A DNA stretch of 35,277 nt from the NCBI GenBank assembly GCA_050246815.1, contig JBFWVI010000034.1, positions 1 to 35,277 on the forward strand, read 5' to 3'. The notes below the pieces were generated by a model. That model worked only from the letters and a program-made list of their open reading frames with translations, was not told the origin of the DNA and made no database searches. The position numbers were made by a program, and so were the translations under genes. Below, in pieces: positions 10,197-19,271 of this stretch. Numbering within the stretch: position 1 is the first letter of the stretch; the number at the start of each line of letters is the position of its first letter. The DNA comes from Bdellovibrionales bacterium (GTDB lineage: Bacteria; Bdellovibrionota; Bdellovibrionia; Bdellovibrionales; UBA1609).

Positions 10197-10212
10197 TGGC
10201 CAAGCCCTTGCA
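10197..10212 (+). promoter_or_regulatory. Sigma54 -24/-12 promoter
   Basis: TGGCCAAGCCCTTGCA (GG-N10-GC with TTGCA) just upstream of the 10228 ORF. Confidence 0.6.
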
Positions 10213-10227
10213 ATTCTAGCTGCTTGG

Positions 10228-11079
10228 GTGTTTATGGCGGGTTTAAAAGAAATAGGTTTGAAACTGGCTTTTTGGTTGTGCCAATTGACGGCAGCTGTTC
10301 CATTTTTTACAATTGCTGAGACCTACACGCTCTTCCAAAACGGGCAGCCTCATCGGCAATACTCTCAAATTCTTTTGCGAATTCAACCTGGTGATCTGGT
10401 GCACTTTTCAAATGGCAAAGAGTTTGCGGTCACGCGCAATTACGTTCTTGAATCCGGTCGTTCAGACAAGGGCAGCAATGCTATTTTGGGAGTCCAAGGC
10501 GGGCACATCTTGCGACTACCCAAACACTGCGCAACGATTTGGGAATGCCGTCGTTCGCAGGAATCCCTGCAGCGCTACTTAGACGGCCACCGCCTCTTAG
10601 CATGGGCTAAAGTCCCCACCCCCGAGATTTATTTGGCAGAAAGCTATTTGCCTGAATATTTGCTGCAGGAGGAAGTCGAGATCCTGAGTCTTCTAAGCCA
10701 CCGGCTCAGTGCCGCAGATGAAGGCCTTCGACCGCTTGAAAAATTACTGATCGAGGCGTTGCGGAAATTCTTCCTAAAAACAGCCCCGTTCGTTAGCATC
10801 GGCGACTTTTATGCGGATCAGGTGGCTCTGACCTCAAAAGGGGTCATCTTACTGGATTGGCACGACGGCCACCAGCTTTACAGCCCGTCTTCGGGAGTCC
10901 CCGGCCTCACCGTCATCCGCAATTTGCGCCAGCATCAAAACTTAAAAACTCTTCTCGATTCTTTGGAATCCACCATTTTCACTGAACGCCAGTCCTTGCG
11001 TTGCCAACAATGGCTGGAGCGAACACAATATTTAGAAAAGATGTTTACCTATGCTCATGAACCCGTCACACCTAACTGA
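10228..11079 (+). CDS. Hypothetical protein with a degenerate protein-kinase-like (RIO/Kdo/APH-like) fold, possibly exported
   Basis: Hydrophobic N-terminus. VPTPEIY...YLLQEEV (hinge-like) and IGDFYADQV...VILLDW resemble the HGDLxxxN...hhDW motifs. The start may be ATG 10234. Confidence 0.5.
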   Translation: MFMAGLKEIGLKLAFWLCQLTAAVPFFTIAETYTLFQNGQPHRQYSQILLRIQPGDLVHFSNGKEFAVTRNYVLESGRSDKGSNAILGVQGGHILRLPKHCATIWECRRSQESLQRYLDGHRLLAWAKVPTPEIYLAESYLPEYLLQEEVEILSLLSHRLSAADEGLRPLEKLLIEALRKFFLKTAPFVSIGDFYADQVALTSKGVILLDWHDGHQLYSPSSGVPGLTVIRNLRQHQNLKTLLDSLESTIFTERQSLRCQQWLERTQYLEKMFTYAHEPVTPN

Positions 11080-11206
11080 GGACTGTCTTTGGGTTTTTCT
11101 GAATGCGTCCGTATGCTTTTGAGCAAAAAAGGGCGATACGACCAAATGTTCGACAAGGACTCCTTCGCAGAATCAAAGTGCAGAAGAAATGGTTCACTTT
11201 TGGGAT

Positions 11207-11222
11207 TGGCAAGGGGGTTGCA
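11207..11222 (+). promoter_or_regulatory. Sigma54 -24/-12 promoter
   Basis: TGGCAAGGGGGTTGCA in a 410-bp intergenic region. Confidence 0.55.
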
Positions 11223-11489
11223 AAACACTCTTCCGGTTTTTGACATTAAGCTGCAAGGCTTTTTTCATTCATAGGCAAAATGCCCTGGAATCGAAGAGTT
11301 ACGCAGACGAGGTCAATGATCCTTGTCCTTGTGTTGTGGGCAGGCTCACGGAAAGCGCGAAAAAATTTCGAGCAAACCGTGAAAAGATGTGATGGTTCAA
11401 TAAGTTGACGCGAAGCGATTGATTCTATTAAGGTCTGTCATTCGCGTCTGTAAGATTAAAAGGGTTAACGTAAACAGGAGAGGACAGAC

Positions 11490-12113
11490 ATGTTCAAACA
11501 AGTAATCGCAATCGTTGCAGCGGTCGGTATGATCGCGACCGTAAATGCAAATGCACAAGGCGCAGCCAAAGGCGCAGCTAAAGCCGCTGAAGAAGTTGGC
11601 GCAGCTGTTCGTGGCGGCAAAACCATTAAGCCTGGCCAAGCTGGAGCAAAAGTGAACAGCACGGGCGCAGTGAAGAGCACAAGCAGCGAAGCTGCCGGCG
11701 TTGTAACTCAAAAACAAGAAGCTGCAGCGGCGACTGGCGTTGATAGCCACGTGACCTGCCCGGCTGACTCTGTTTTGAGCAAACTTCCTCGCTCCGCACA
11801 AGCGACTGTTCAAGAATTCCAAGGCATGGGTGGCGGCGGCAGTGCTTGCATGGTGAACCTTAAGTCTGTCGAAGCAGCGAATGCAAAAGTTGCTGGCGAC
11901 GCTGAAGCCATTCAAGTTGCGAAACGTTTGGGCGTGACTGACATTGCCAGGGCAACCAAAGTTCAATTAGTTAAAATCGCTCAAGGTTGGACCAAAGGCA
12001 TCATGAATGCACTGGGAATCAAAGAGATCGCTGAAGGCGTTCGTCGCACTAAAGCTATCTGTGCAAACAACTGCGACCTCCTGTCGAAACAGTTGTGCGG
12101 CGCTATTCAGTAA
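11490..12113 (+). CDS. Secreted Ala/Lys/Gly-rich hypothetical protein with 5 Cys
   Basis: Strong RBS AGGAGAGG, signal peptide ending ANA, GCT/GCA/AAA-rich codons and its own terminator. Confidence 0.85.
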   Translation: MFKQVIAIVAAVGMIATVNANAQGAAKGAAKAAEEVGAAVRGGKTIKPGQAGAKVNSTGAVKSTSSEAAGVVTQKQEAAAATGVDSHVTCPADSVLSKLPRSAQATVQEFQGMGGGGSACMVNLKSVEAANAKVAGDAEAIQVAKRLGVTDIARATKVQLVKIAQGWTKGIMNALGIKEIAEGVRRTKAICANNCDLLSKQLCGAIQ

Positions 12114-12144
12114 TTCGTTACTGACCTAAATGTTTGCTCTTCTG

Positions 12145-12178
12145 AAGCGGAGATCTTGTGGTCTCCGCTTTTGTTTTT
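12145..12178 (+). terminator. Rho-independent terminator
   Basis: Stem AAGCGGAGATC-ttgt-GGTCTCCGCTT followed by TTGTTTTT. Confidence 0.85.
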
Positions 12179-12278
12179 CAGGGCCCAGTCGGCCTGTGCT
12201 GTTTAAAGCCCTGACAGGTCCTAGCCAAAATTGCGCCCTCTGCTGTTGCGATTCTTATAAGGCCTCATTGCTCCTGCG

Positions 12279-12342
12279 TAACCAATTGATTTTAAAAGAA
12301 TTTTTGTCGAATCAGAGCCTCTGCCATGGTGCCAAGATTGCA
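12279..12342 (+). promoter_or_regulatory. IHF site plus sigma54 promoter of the three-gene operon
   Basis: 12279-12291 reads AATCAATTGGTTA on the minus strand (perfect WATCAANNNNTTR). 12327-12342 is TGGTGCCAAGATTGCA (GG-N10-GC). Confidence 0.65.
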
Positions 12343-12353
12343 TATGAGCTTAG

Positions 12354-15300
12354 GTGATGAGATCGATCTACTCCACCCTTATTCTAAAGTCTTTTAAACG
12401 TAGCCTGCGTCGTACTGGCATTTTGGGGTTATCAGCCATAATGGCCGTTCAGCCTGTGTTCGCTCAGCCTGGCCCCAGCACTAATTCGAAGCTGACTCCG
12501 GCCCAACAGGCCTTCTTAAAAGCCCTGGCCGCTCAAGTTAAATCGACAAAACAAAGCGCCGCGACTCAGACCAAAGTGGTCGTTGAAAATGCCGCCGCGA
12601 ACTACTGTGTGACCGGCAAAGAGGGCACTGCGGTCCGCGAAGATTTATTGGCTTTGGAGCCTAAGCTCAAAGCCGAAACGCAGTCCTGGGCCGAGGCAGC
12701 CAAAAACCATAGTCAAACACTTCGTAACTTGCGACATGATCTGCTGACCAATGACGAAGCATATAGCCGTCTGGAGGCGGAGCTCAGCAAGTCAGAAGAT
12801 CTGGTTGTTTCTTTGCGCAATCGTTTGTTCGCCACGCTTGGGCAACTACCCCGGATCTATCGTGATCGTGGCCAATTGATGATTGAAAGCTACTTCAGAA
12901 TTCTGGGCTACCACATGGAACTGAAGCTTTTCGCTGAGCCCACCCGCTGGGGCTTGAATGAGCTACGTGAAAAGTACGCCTTAGAAATGTCGCCAGCTTC
13001 AGTGGAGCGCTTTTTCAACGATGGTGACTTTTCGATCGACGGAATTGAAATCCAACCGCATATTCGTGAAAACAAGATGCTTTATCGTTTGTCATTGAAC
13101 GAGCAAAATGTGTTTTTATCTTTTGTGCGAGCTGCGGCCCGCTCGCCGCATTTAAAAAAGCCCAGCCAAGCTTACGTGGAAACTGTACGCTGTGTTTTAG
13201 GCCGCGCCACTTTGGGAAAGTATGCCTTGAACAAAGCTTTGGTCGACCAAGGCGAATTGGGACAACCACTGAATCCCGAACAAAATTTTTGTTTGGGAGT
13301 GAAGGCCAAAGAATTTATGCAAGTGGTCCAACATGAGGTGGACATCACTCGCGAAATGTCTTTGCGCACGATTGTCGCCAAAGAATTACCGTCCGCCGTC
13401 CACGACTTTTCACGACACACGCAAGACTTTCTAACGCAGACTCAACTAGGTTCCGCAATCACCACTTTAATGGGCTTCCCGGAACTTCTGCCGTATGTTT
13501 TGCAGGACACGGTCGAGCAGCGCACAATTCCTGCAGCTGTTGCCGCCTTTATGGCGATTCATCGCGATATCGACGCCAGCATTGAAAAACAGTATAAAAA
13601 AACTCCCGCTCTTGAAGATCTGCGTTTTATTTGGAAAAGTCCCGCCATCCAAGCCAAGCTGGGTGGAGTCTTGAACAACTGCGCCGTCACGCTTAAAGAA
13701 CCCTCTGGCAAGGCCCTGACAGTAGATGATGTTTGGGAAAAAATCCTGCGCTCAGACGATTATTACTTCACCGTCATGCTGACAACTAATCTTAAGCAGA
13801 TTCCGGGCCGTTGGCTTGAGATGAAAAAATCCGAGTTGGCGTTGAGCCTGCGCAACTATATCCTGGCCACAAAAACTGCCGGATCATTGCGTGCAATCAC
13901 CTCTTTGTTTGGCGCCTATGCAGATCAGCAGTCCGCCGATGCCGATGCAATTGCGATGGCCATTCATGAAGACTTCTCAAATTTGCTAATGAAAGAGTAC
14001 ACCGCCTTGTGGAACAAAAATCCAGCTTTGCAAGCCTGGCTAGATGGTATCGTGGAAAAAGTTGAGGCTGGAAAAGCCGGAACAAAAAACTTTAAAAAGC
14101 CGCTTTTGGCCTACACTGAGGCGTTGATTCAAAAGGCACAAGAAGTCGCCAAAACTATGGATCCAAACACCTCGGTGGCGGATCTTCCCTACAAAGAAGA
14201 CTATGTCCTGATGGCATTGTCCGAGCCGATCTTGAAGCTGACACCTGACAATCGTCGCCGCTACGACCTGCTACTTGAACAATCCGCCCAAACCGCCCGT
14301 CAGGCAGTTTGGAAAAAGCTTTGGCCCATCATGCAACAAGAGGCGGCACAGAAAAACATGACCTGCGATGACCCGGGTCTGGGCCGACGACTGGGCGCGA
14401 TGGCCGCCAGCGGTCTTCGCCATATGACTTTCGGTCTTGTCGACATGAAAGACGTGGTCGATCAAAATGTTGTCAATCAAGATTGCCGGACAATGAAAAT
14501 GATTGCAGGTGTGACCGGAGTTGAGAGGGCAGAAGCTCCCACAGATCTATCACATGCCATCATTTATCTTACAAATGCTCAATTTGACGATGAGTTCATC
14601 AAAAACTTTGAACTGGCTTACCGAAAGCAAGTGGCGGCCGAGATCATGGATGAATTCCGCATCTTGGATCTGCCCACCTACACCCCGGGAAAATTTGATA
14701 AGTACATTCTGCGCAAAACAGAGCAGCGCTTCTGGCAAAAAGTCGTTCAGATCAAAAACGCCGAACTTTTACAGGCAGACGTCGTCGCCGCCTTGCGCTT
14801 AAGCATTGCCGACCTCGAAAGCCGACTAAAAACCGTGATCAACGCGCAAAGCGAAAAGGACTTGGAATTCTTTATCAAACGCACCAAATCCATCAACGTT
14901 CTGCTGGGCGAAAACACCCAACACAAAATGCTCGCCCGCTTGGGGGCTCAACAAAGCGGCGCCAAAGTAGCCATCGCGTTGTCTGCACCCGACCTTGGCT
15001 TCGTCTTTCCTTCTTTGTTGAAATATCATAAAGAGATACAAGATCGCTCAATTTTAGACGAAGAGTTTGATCATGAAATGTGGAGTGAGTTCGTTAATGC
15101 CAACACCGTCTTGGTGATGGCGGTGATCGGCGGCTGGGTGATCAAACATGCCGCGGGCTTGTTGCCTCGCTTCACCCTTGCACCAGCGATTGCCTCAAGA
15201 ATCGACCATGTTGGTAGCCGTATGTCCATGGTAATCGGCGCTCACGCCGATTACACTTTTATGATCTTAGCCGCGCATTTGGTAAATGCTCATTTGCGTG

Positions 15301-15959
15301 AAACTGAGTACAGCTCTACTCAAGAAAATATTGAAAGCCTTAATCGTGCTGAAGGCGCCGAAAACCGAGATGGTTCGATTTTCGAAGACTTCCCGCTAAG
15401 TCCATTCAGCTTGGTCGACAAAGAGAGCTTCTTAAAACAACAAGAGCTGTTCCGCTCTGAAGCGGCTAATCAGAATTCGCAATTCTGGCAAACTGCTGCT
15501 TTCTTGACCCTGCCCTTTTTGATCGGCCGGGGCACCAATGTCGTTGGCCATGTTGCAAACAAATTCCGCATCTCCATTGAGAAATCATTTGAAGGTATCG
15601 GATATTTCGGACGTCAGCGTCACGAAATGTGGATGCGGTTTGGAATTCGCAGCAAAATGCACTTGCTTCGACGTGACTTCAAAATTTTGGGTAATCCTTC
15701 GTCGGTGGAAGTCAGCTTGTTACGCTCGCATGCGGATCGCGCGAAAGTCGCAGCCACAACTGAACGTCAAAGAGAAAAAATCGAAGAAGCTTACCAGCGC
15801 ATCGTGAATCGATTTGGTAAAGATGTTCATCGCTACATGAATATGCCGCAACTGCAGCAGGCTTACGCCAATGCATTGTACGGAAAGGGTGGATCTGTTC
15901 AAAACCTAGTGAATCTGCAAAAAGAAGCCACCCGTTTGCGAGAGGCAGGTTTATTATGA
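12354..15959 (+). CDS. Large exported helical hypothetical protein (1201 aa) with C-proximal hydrophobic helices
   Basis: Long ORF, signal peptide ending VFA-Q, three hydrophobic segments near residues 910-1060, and ATGA overlap with the next gene. Confidence 0.85.
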   Translation: MMRSIYSTLILKSFKRSLRRTGILGLSAIMAVQPVFAQPGPSTNSKLTPAQQAFLKALAAQVKSTKQSAATQTKVVVENAAANYCVTGKEGTAVREDLLALEPKLKAETQSWAEAAKNHSQTLRNLRHDLLTNDEAYSRLEAELSKSEDLVVSLRNRLFATLGQLPRIYRDRGQLMIESYFRILGYHMELKLFAEPTRWGLNELREKYALEMSPASVERFFNDGDFSIDGIEIQPHIRENKMLYRLSLNEQNVFLSFVRAAARSPHLKKPSQAYVETVRCVLGRATLGKYALNKALVDQGELGQPLNPEQNFCLGVKAKEFMQVVQHEVDITREMSLRTIVAKELPSAVHDFSRHTQDFLTQTQLGSAITTLMGFPELLPYVLQDTVEQRTIPAAVAAFMAIHRDIDASIEKQYKKTPALEDLRFIWKSPAIQAKLGGVLNNCAVTLKEPSGKALTVDDVWEKILRSDDYYFTVMLTTNLKQIPGRWLEMKKSELALSLRNYILATKTAGSLRAITSLFGAYADQQSADADAIAMAIHEDFSNLLMKEYTALWNKNPALQAWLDGIVEKVEAGKAGTKNFKKPLLAYTEALIQKAQEVAKTMDPNTSVADLPYKEDYVLMALSEPILKLTPDNRRRYDLLLEQSAQTARQAVWKKLWPIMQQEAAQKNMTCDDPGLGRRLGAMAASGLRHMTFGLVDMKDVVDQNVVNQDCRTMKMIAGVTGVERAEAPTDLSHAIIYLTNAQFDDEFIKNFELAYRKQVAAEIMDEFRILDLPTYTPGKFDKYILRKTEQRFWQKVVQIKNAELLQADVVAALRLSIADLESRLKTVINAQSEKDLEFFIKRTKSINVLLGENTQHKMLARLGAQQSGAKVAIALSAPDLGFVFPSLLKYHKEIQDRSILDEEFDHEMWSEFVNANTVLVMAVIGGWVIKHAAGLLPRFTLAPAIASRIDHVGSRMSMVIGAHADYTFMILAAHLVNAHLRETEYSSTQENIESLNRAEGAENRDGSIFEDFPLSPFSLVDKESFLKQQELFRSEAANQNSQFWQTAAFLTLPFLIGRGTNVVGHVANKFRISIEKSFEGIGYFGRQRHEMWMRFGIRSKMHLLRRDFKILGNPSSVEVSLLRSHADRAKVAATTERQREKIEEAYQRIVNRFGKDVHRYMNMPQLQQAYANALYGKGGSVQNLVNLQKEATRLREAGLL

Positions 15960-17485
15960 TGCCTCGTCGTTGGCTCTACCTTTTCATGGCAACGGTCATC
16001 GCCACCACCAGCACACAAACTTTTGCTGAACCGCGCATACCGGCCGTCCCCGCCACAGCGACGCCAGCCTCTGCAGCTTCGGCGCCAGCCTCTGCAGCCT
16101 CGGCGGTGCCGCCACTGGTGATCAAAATTGATGCGAAAGCCTCTGTATTGGAAAAAATCGATCAATTCGTCAACGCTTTGCAAGACAGCAAGTACACCTA
16201 TGCTCTCAATGCGGAAATGCTGAACAAGATATTGGCGCGCAACAATGCTTCTCTTTTGCCCACCACCATCGAAGATCGCGCAGAATTGGCCAACCATGGC
16301 CCCGTTGAGGCCGAGGCCCAGTTTGAGTGGTCTGAAGAGCGCGCCCGCGTGTACAAAGTGGCGCATGACATTGTGACCGAACTGTTCGCCCAAGAAGCGA
16401 TCGAGATCAACGACAGCCTGTTGTCGATCTTGCATCGCTATTTGTTTGACGACCAAGCCCGCCTTCCGCTGACTATCTTGATGGAGCAAGTGATGGGCTA
16501 TCGTTTCAGCCCGGCGCAACTTCAGCACTTGAAGAAGGAAGCCTCGTGGCAGCGTCACTACACACAGGGTTCAATAGCTGGCATTTTGTTGGCAGCCGTA
16601 GGAGCCTTTTGGGGCGGGCGCAAGATTTTTTCAGGTAAAACTTGGATCGCGCTGAGAAGCGGTTTAACCCGTGCGGCCAAACGATCTGCCGCTCCTGCAG
16701 CCACAAAAGTGGATGAAACTGTCGCACATGCTCAGGCTCCATCAGTGGACGAACTATTGGCCATGCTTGATCGCATCGACGCCAATATGGGCTTGGGAAC
16801 TGCGGCCGCTAAAAATATGCCCAAACCAACCGCAAGCCAGAACGTGGCGAGACTTGGCAAAGTGCGTTTGTTCAGTCAATTCCCCGACATCTTTAGCCCC
16901 GCTGGATTTAAGGGAATGTTGCTGTTGATGGGTTTTTCAGCGGCTACTGGTGGTGGCTACGCGGGCGCCCATGAATTGATTAAAATTCTCTCCGCCGAAG
17001 ATCGCGACAATGGCGTCATCGACTTTGCTGTATTAAGCGACCAATATTACGATCGCCTGGCCGTGCAGCGCTTAATCTGCCTAAGCCATGATATGAAAAC
17101 TCAGGCCTTGGCGCTCAAAACACCAGAAAATTTACTGCCCATTCTGCAGCAGACCAATATGCTTTATTCTGAATTTGAATTGCTGAAGCGTATAAATCCG
17201 AGCTTGGTGGATCTGCTTCCCATGCCGCCTGAGGTCAGCCACAATCCGGAAACTGGTGAGGTTTCATTTGAACGTATGGCGCGGGGTAAACCCGTGACTG
17301 AAACCTTTCCTTGCAACAAATTGAAAGGGCGCCCCAAAAGCACCTTGCATGTCAGCGTGAACCAAGTCTTGAGGGACGTCTTAGAGAGCACGGATCACAT
17401 TACGGGGCTACAGAAAGCCGTGGCTGAAGAGGCCGAGAAAAAGGCGGCGGCGGCGAAAACCCTCGCCTCGCCGAAGAAGCCATGA
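15956..17485 (+). CDS. Exported hypothetical protein (509 aa) with two Gly-rich hydrophobic helices
   Basis: Signal peptide ending TFA-E, Pro/Ala/Ser linker, SIAGILLAAVGAFWGG and GMLLLMGFSAATGGGYAG. ATGA overlaps at both ends. Confidence 0.85.
   Translation: MMPRRWLYLFMATVIATTSTQTFAEPRIPAVPATATPASAASAPASAASAVPPLVIKIDAKASVLEKIDQFVNALQDSKYTYALNAEMLNKILARNNASLLPTTIEDRAELANHGPVEAEAQFEWSEERARVYKVAHDIVTELFAQEAIEINDSLLSILHRYLFDDQARLPLTILMEQVMGYRFSPAQLQHLKKEASWQRHYTQGSIAGILLAAVGAFWGGRKIFSGKTWIALRSGLTRAAKRSAAPAATKVDETVAHAQAPSVDELLAMLDRIDANMGLGTAAAKNMPKPTASQNVARLGKVRLFSQFPDIFSPAGFKGMLLLMGFSAATGGGYAGAHELIKILSAEDRDNGVIDFAVLSDQYYDRLAVQRLICLSHDMKTQALALKTPENLLPILQQTNMLYSEFELLKRINPSLVDLLPMPPEVSHNPETGEVSFERMARGKPVTETFPCNKLKGRPKSTLHVSVNQVLRDVLESTDHITGLQKAVAEEAEKKAAAAKTLASPKKP
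16062..16103 (+). repeat. 21-bp tandem duplication encoding (PASAASA)x2
   Basis: CGCCAGCCTCTGCAGCTTCGG / CGCCAGCCTCTGCAGCCTCGG, one mismatch. Confidence 0.85.
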
Positions 17486-19083
17486 CCCCACGTCGCCTTG
17501 TTTCATTCTGCTTAAGCTTTTTGTTGATACTGCCGCCAGTGACAGCCTCGGCTGCGGGGCCGACTTTGGGGCAGTTGTCATTTCAAAAGGCGTTTTTATT
17601 GGATCTTAAAGATTTGGTCGCAGCCTCGTATGACCTCAACTTGGTCCGCATTAAGTTTTTGGGCGAATGCTTAGCCCGCATGTCCGACCAGGATTTCAGT
17701 GCGGTGAAAATCAAAGAGGGAAACCACCGCCCTTGGCTTGACTGCAACGATGGTGTGGCGCAAATGCGCGAAAACACACGTATCAAATATCCGCGCGTAC
17801 GACGCTCGCTACTACTGTCTCAGCTGACAGAGGCTGGCAATCTGTACAGTCTGCTGGTCAATCTGCACAACAACATGCAATTGAAAGCCCTTAAGAAGCC
17901 CGAGCATGTTCTAAAAATTCGCATGGGTGGCATGGGCTGGGGTTTAGGTATTGAAAACCCTCTGGTCAGTTTTTTGAGCAGTGACTTGCTGCCCGCCCCG
18001 GCTTGGACTGAGGAAGAGCTTTCGGGGGTGGCTCGAAGTGCAGAAGAAGGCGCCGACAAATTTAATGTGGATAACTTGAACAAACTTTTGCATGAATCCT
18101 GCGCGCAAATCGCTGCAAAAATAAATGCGAATCCCTTTAAGCTTGATTACACCTTCTGCGGTCAAATGCGCTTGGTTTACTCCAAAGAGCAACACGGCTT
18201 AAGCCTCACTTACGATGGCTCGCTTGAAGATATTCGACAATTGACTGCGCAGGTGGAGCGCGCCAAGTCGTTTTTACCTGGCCAACTCCGCGGGCACCAC
18301 AACCGTTGGGAACAAGAGTACTTGGCGACGGTGCAGCTGAACCCCTATGTGGGCCTGGTCACTTCAGCCACCCCAAGCCGCCAAGACTTTATCGTGGCCC
18401 TTCGGATTATGGCGGGGCGAGCCCAACAAACGGTTGAGGAATTCACAAAAGTGCGAAAAGAGAAAAAACTGGATGACCCACATCTGGCGGATCCACAGGC
18501 TCTTTTAAAACTGATGCAGCACTTGCCCTTGGCGCAGAAACTGGTCGACAGCCCTGGAGTGGAACTTAAAAAAGCTTTGCACCTAAGACCGATGACCAAC
18601 TTACAAGAGATTTTTGACGAGCTGAGCAGCGAACACAACTTTGAAGAATTGAAGCGGGTCGGAAAAATCATCGCCGTTGGCGTGGCCGTCAATATGGCCT
18701 GCATGATCCCCTTTGCCCGCATCGGTAAATCGGCGGGCAGTTTCGCATTGAAACTCGCAAAACTTGAAAAAGTGTCCGACCTGCTGAAACTTAAAAAATG
18801 GGGTGAGATTTCATCTGCTGTCTTTACCCCAGTTTGTTTTTCAATCACAGGTATCGCGGTCAATATGGGCATGCTCTATGAAGCGCAGTATGAATATGCC
18901 GAAATTTACGACCAGGTTTTTGGCAGCATTTCCGATGAAACTTTGATGCGTCAAGTGAGTGAACTCAGCGACAAAGAACGCGAGGTCTTTTGGTCAGCCG
19001 CCACCGTCTTGATGGGAACAGGGGTGGTGAAGTTTGGTGTTGAACGACTGAAGAAAATGATCCTGGGCGCAAGGGGTCTTTAG
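17482..19083 (+). CDS. Exported hypothetical protein (533 aa) with three C-terminal hydrophobic helices
   Basis: Signal peptide ending ASA-A, IIAVGVAVNMACMIPF, AVFTPVCFSITGIAVNMGML and VFWSAATVLMGTGVV. Confidence 0.85.
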   Translation: MTPRRLVSFCLSFLLILPPVTASAAGPTLGQLSFQKAFLLDLKDLVAASYDLNLVRIKFLGECLARMSDQDFSAVKIKEGNHRPWLDCNDGVAQMRENTRIKYPRVRRSLLLSQLTEAGNLYSLLVNLHNNMQLKALKKPEHVLKIRMGGMGWGLGIENPLVSFLSSDLLPAPAWTEEELSGVARSAEEGADKFNVDNLNKLLHESCAQIAAKINANPFKLDYTFCGQMRLVYSKEQHGLSLTYDGSLEDIRQLTAQVERAKSFLPGQLRGHHNRWEQEYLATVQLNPYVGLVTSATPSRQDFIVALRIMAGRAQQTVEEFTKVRKEKKLDDPHLADPQALLKLMQHLPLAQKLVDSPGVELKKALHLRPMTNLQEIFDELSSEHNFEELKRVGKIIAVGVAVNMACMIPFARIGKSAGSFALKLAKLEKVSDLLKLKKWGEISSAVFTPVCFSITGIAVNMGMLYEAQYEYAEIYDQVFGSISDETLMRQVSELSDKEREVFWSAATVLMGTGVVKFGVERLKKMILGARGL

Positions 19084-19193
19084 ATTAAAAAGCCCAACTC
19101 GTATTCTGCGCTTTGCCCACACCATTTTTGAAGGTGCCGTTTTTTGCGTCCAGGTGCCTGAGAAATCGTCGAAAATGTCCTTGACCACCACGC

Positions 19194-19247
19194 TAACCCC
19201 CTGAAACCAGGTTAAAATTCGTCCTCCTGCTGAGAACGACCTTTGCA
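19194..19247 (+). promoter_or_regulatory. Possible degenerate IHF site and sigma54 promoter of the Clp-like gene
   Basis: IHF-like TTTCAGGGGGTTA on the minus strand (19194-19206). GAGAACGACCTTTGCA (19232-19247) has AG instead of the invariant GG. Confidence 0.3.
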
Positions 19248-19271
19248 ATCCTTCAGCTTGAAGGAGTTTTT

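Noticed and set aside
11274..11310. c-di-GMP-I riboswitch-like GGCAAA...ACGCA
   Set aside because: I could not form the required GAAA-tetraloop stem or the second hairpin.
11397..11966. 189-aa minus-strand ORF
   Set aside because: It is an antisense shadow of the well-supported secreted gene at 11490-12113.
16062..16103. Repeat considered as a CRISPR or contingency locus
   Set aside because: Only two in-frame copies with no spacers. It is a simple linker duplication.
15899..16558. 219-aa minus-strand ORF with RGCRGWRR repeats
   Set aside because: It is an antisense reading of the PASAASA tandem repeat and has no independent support.
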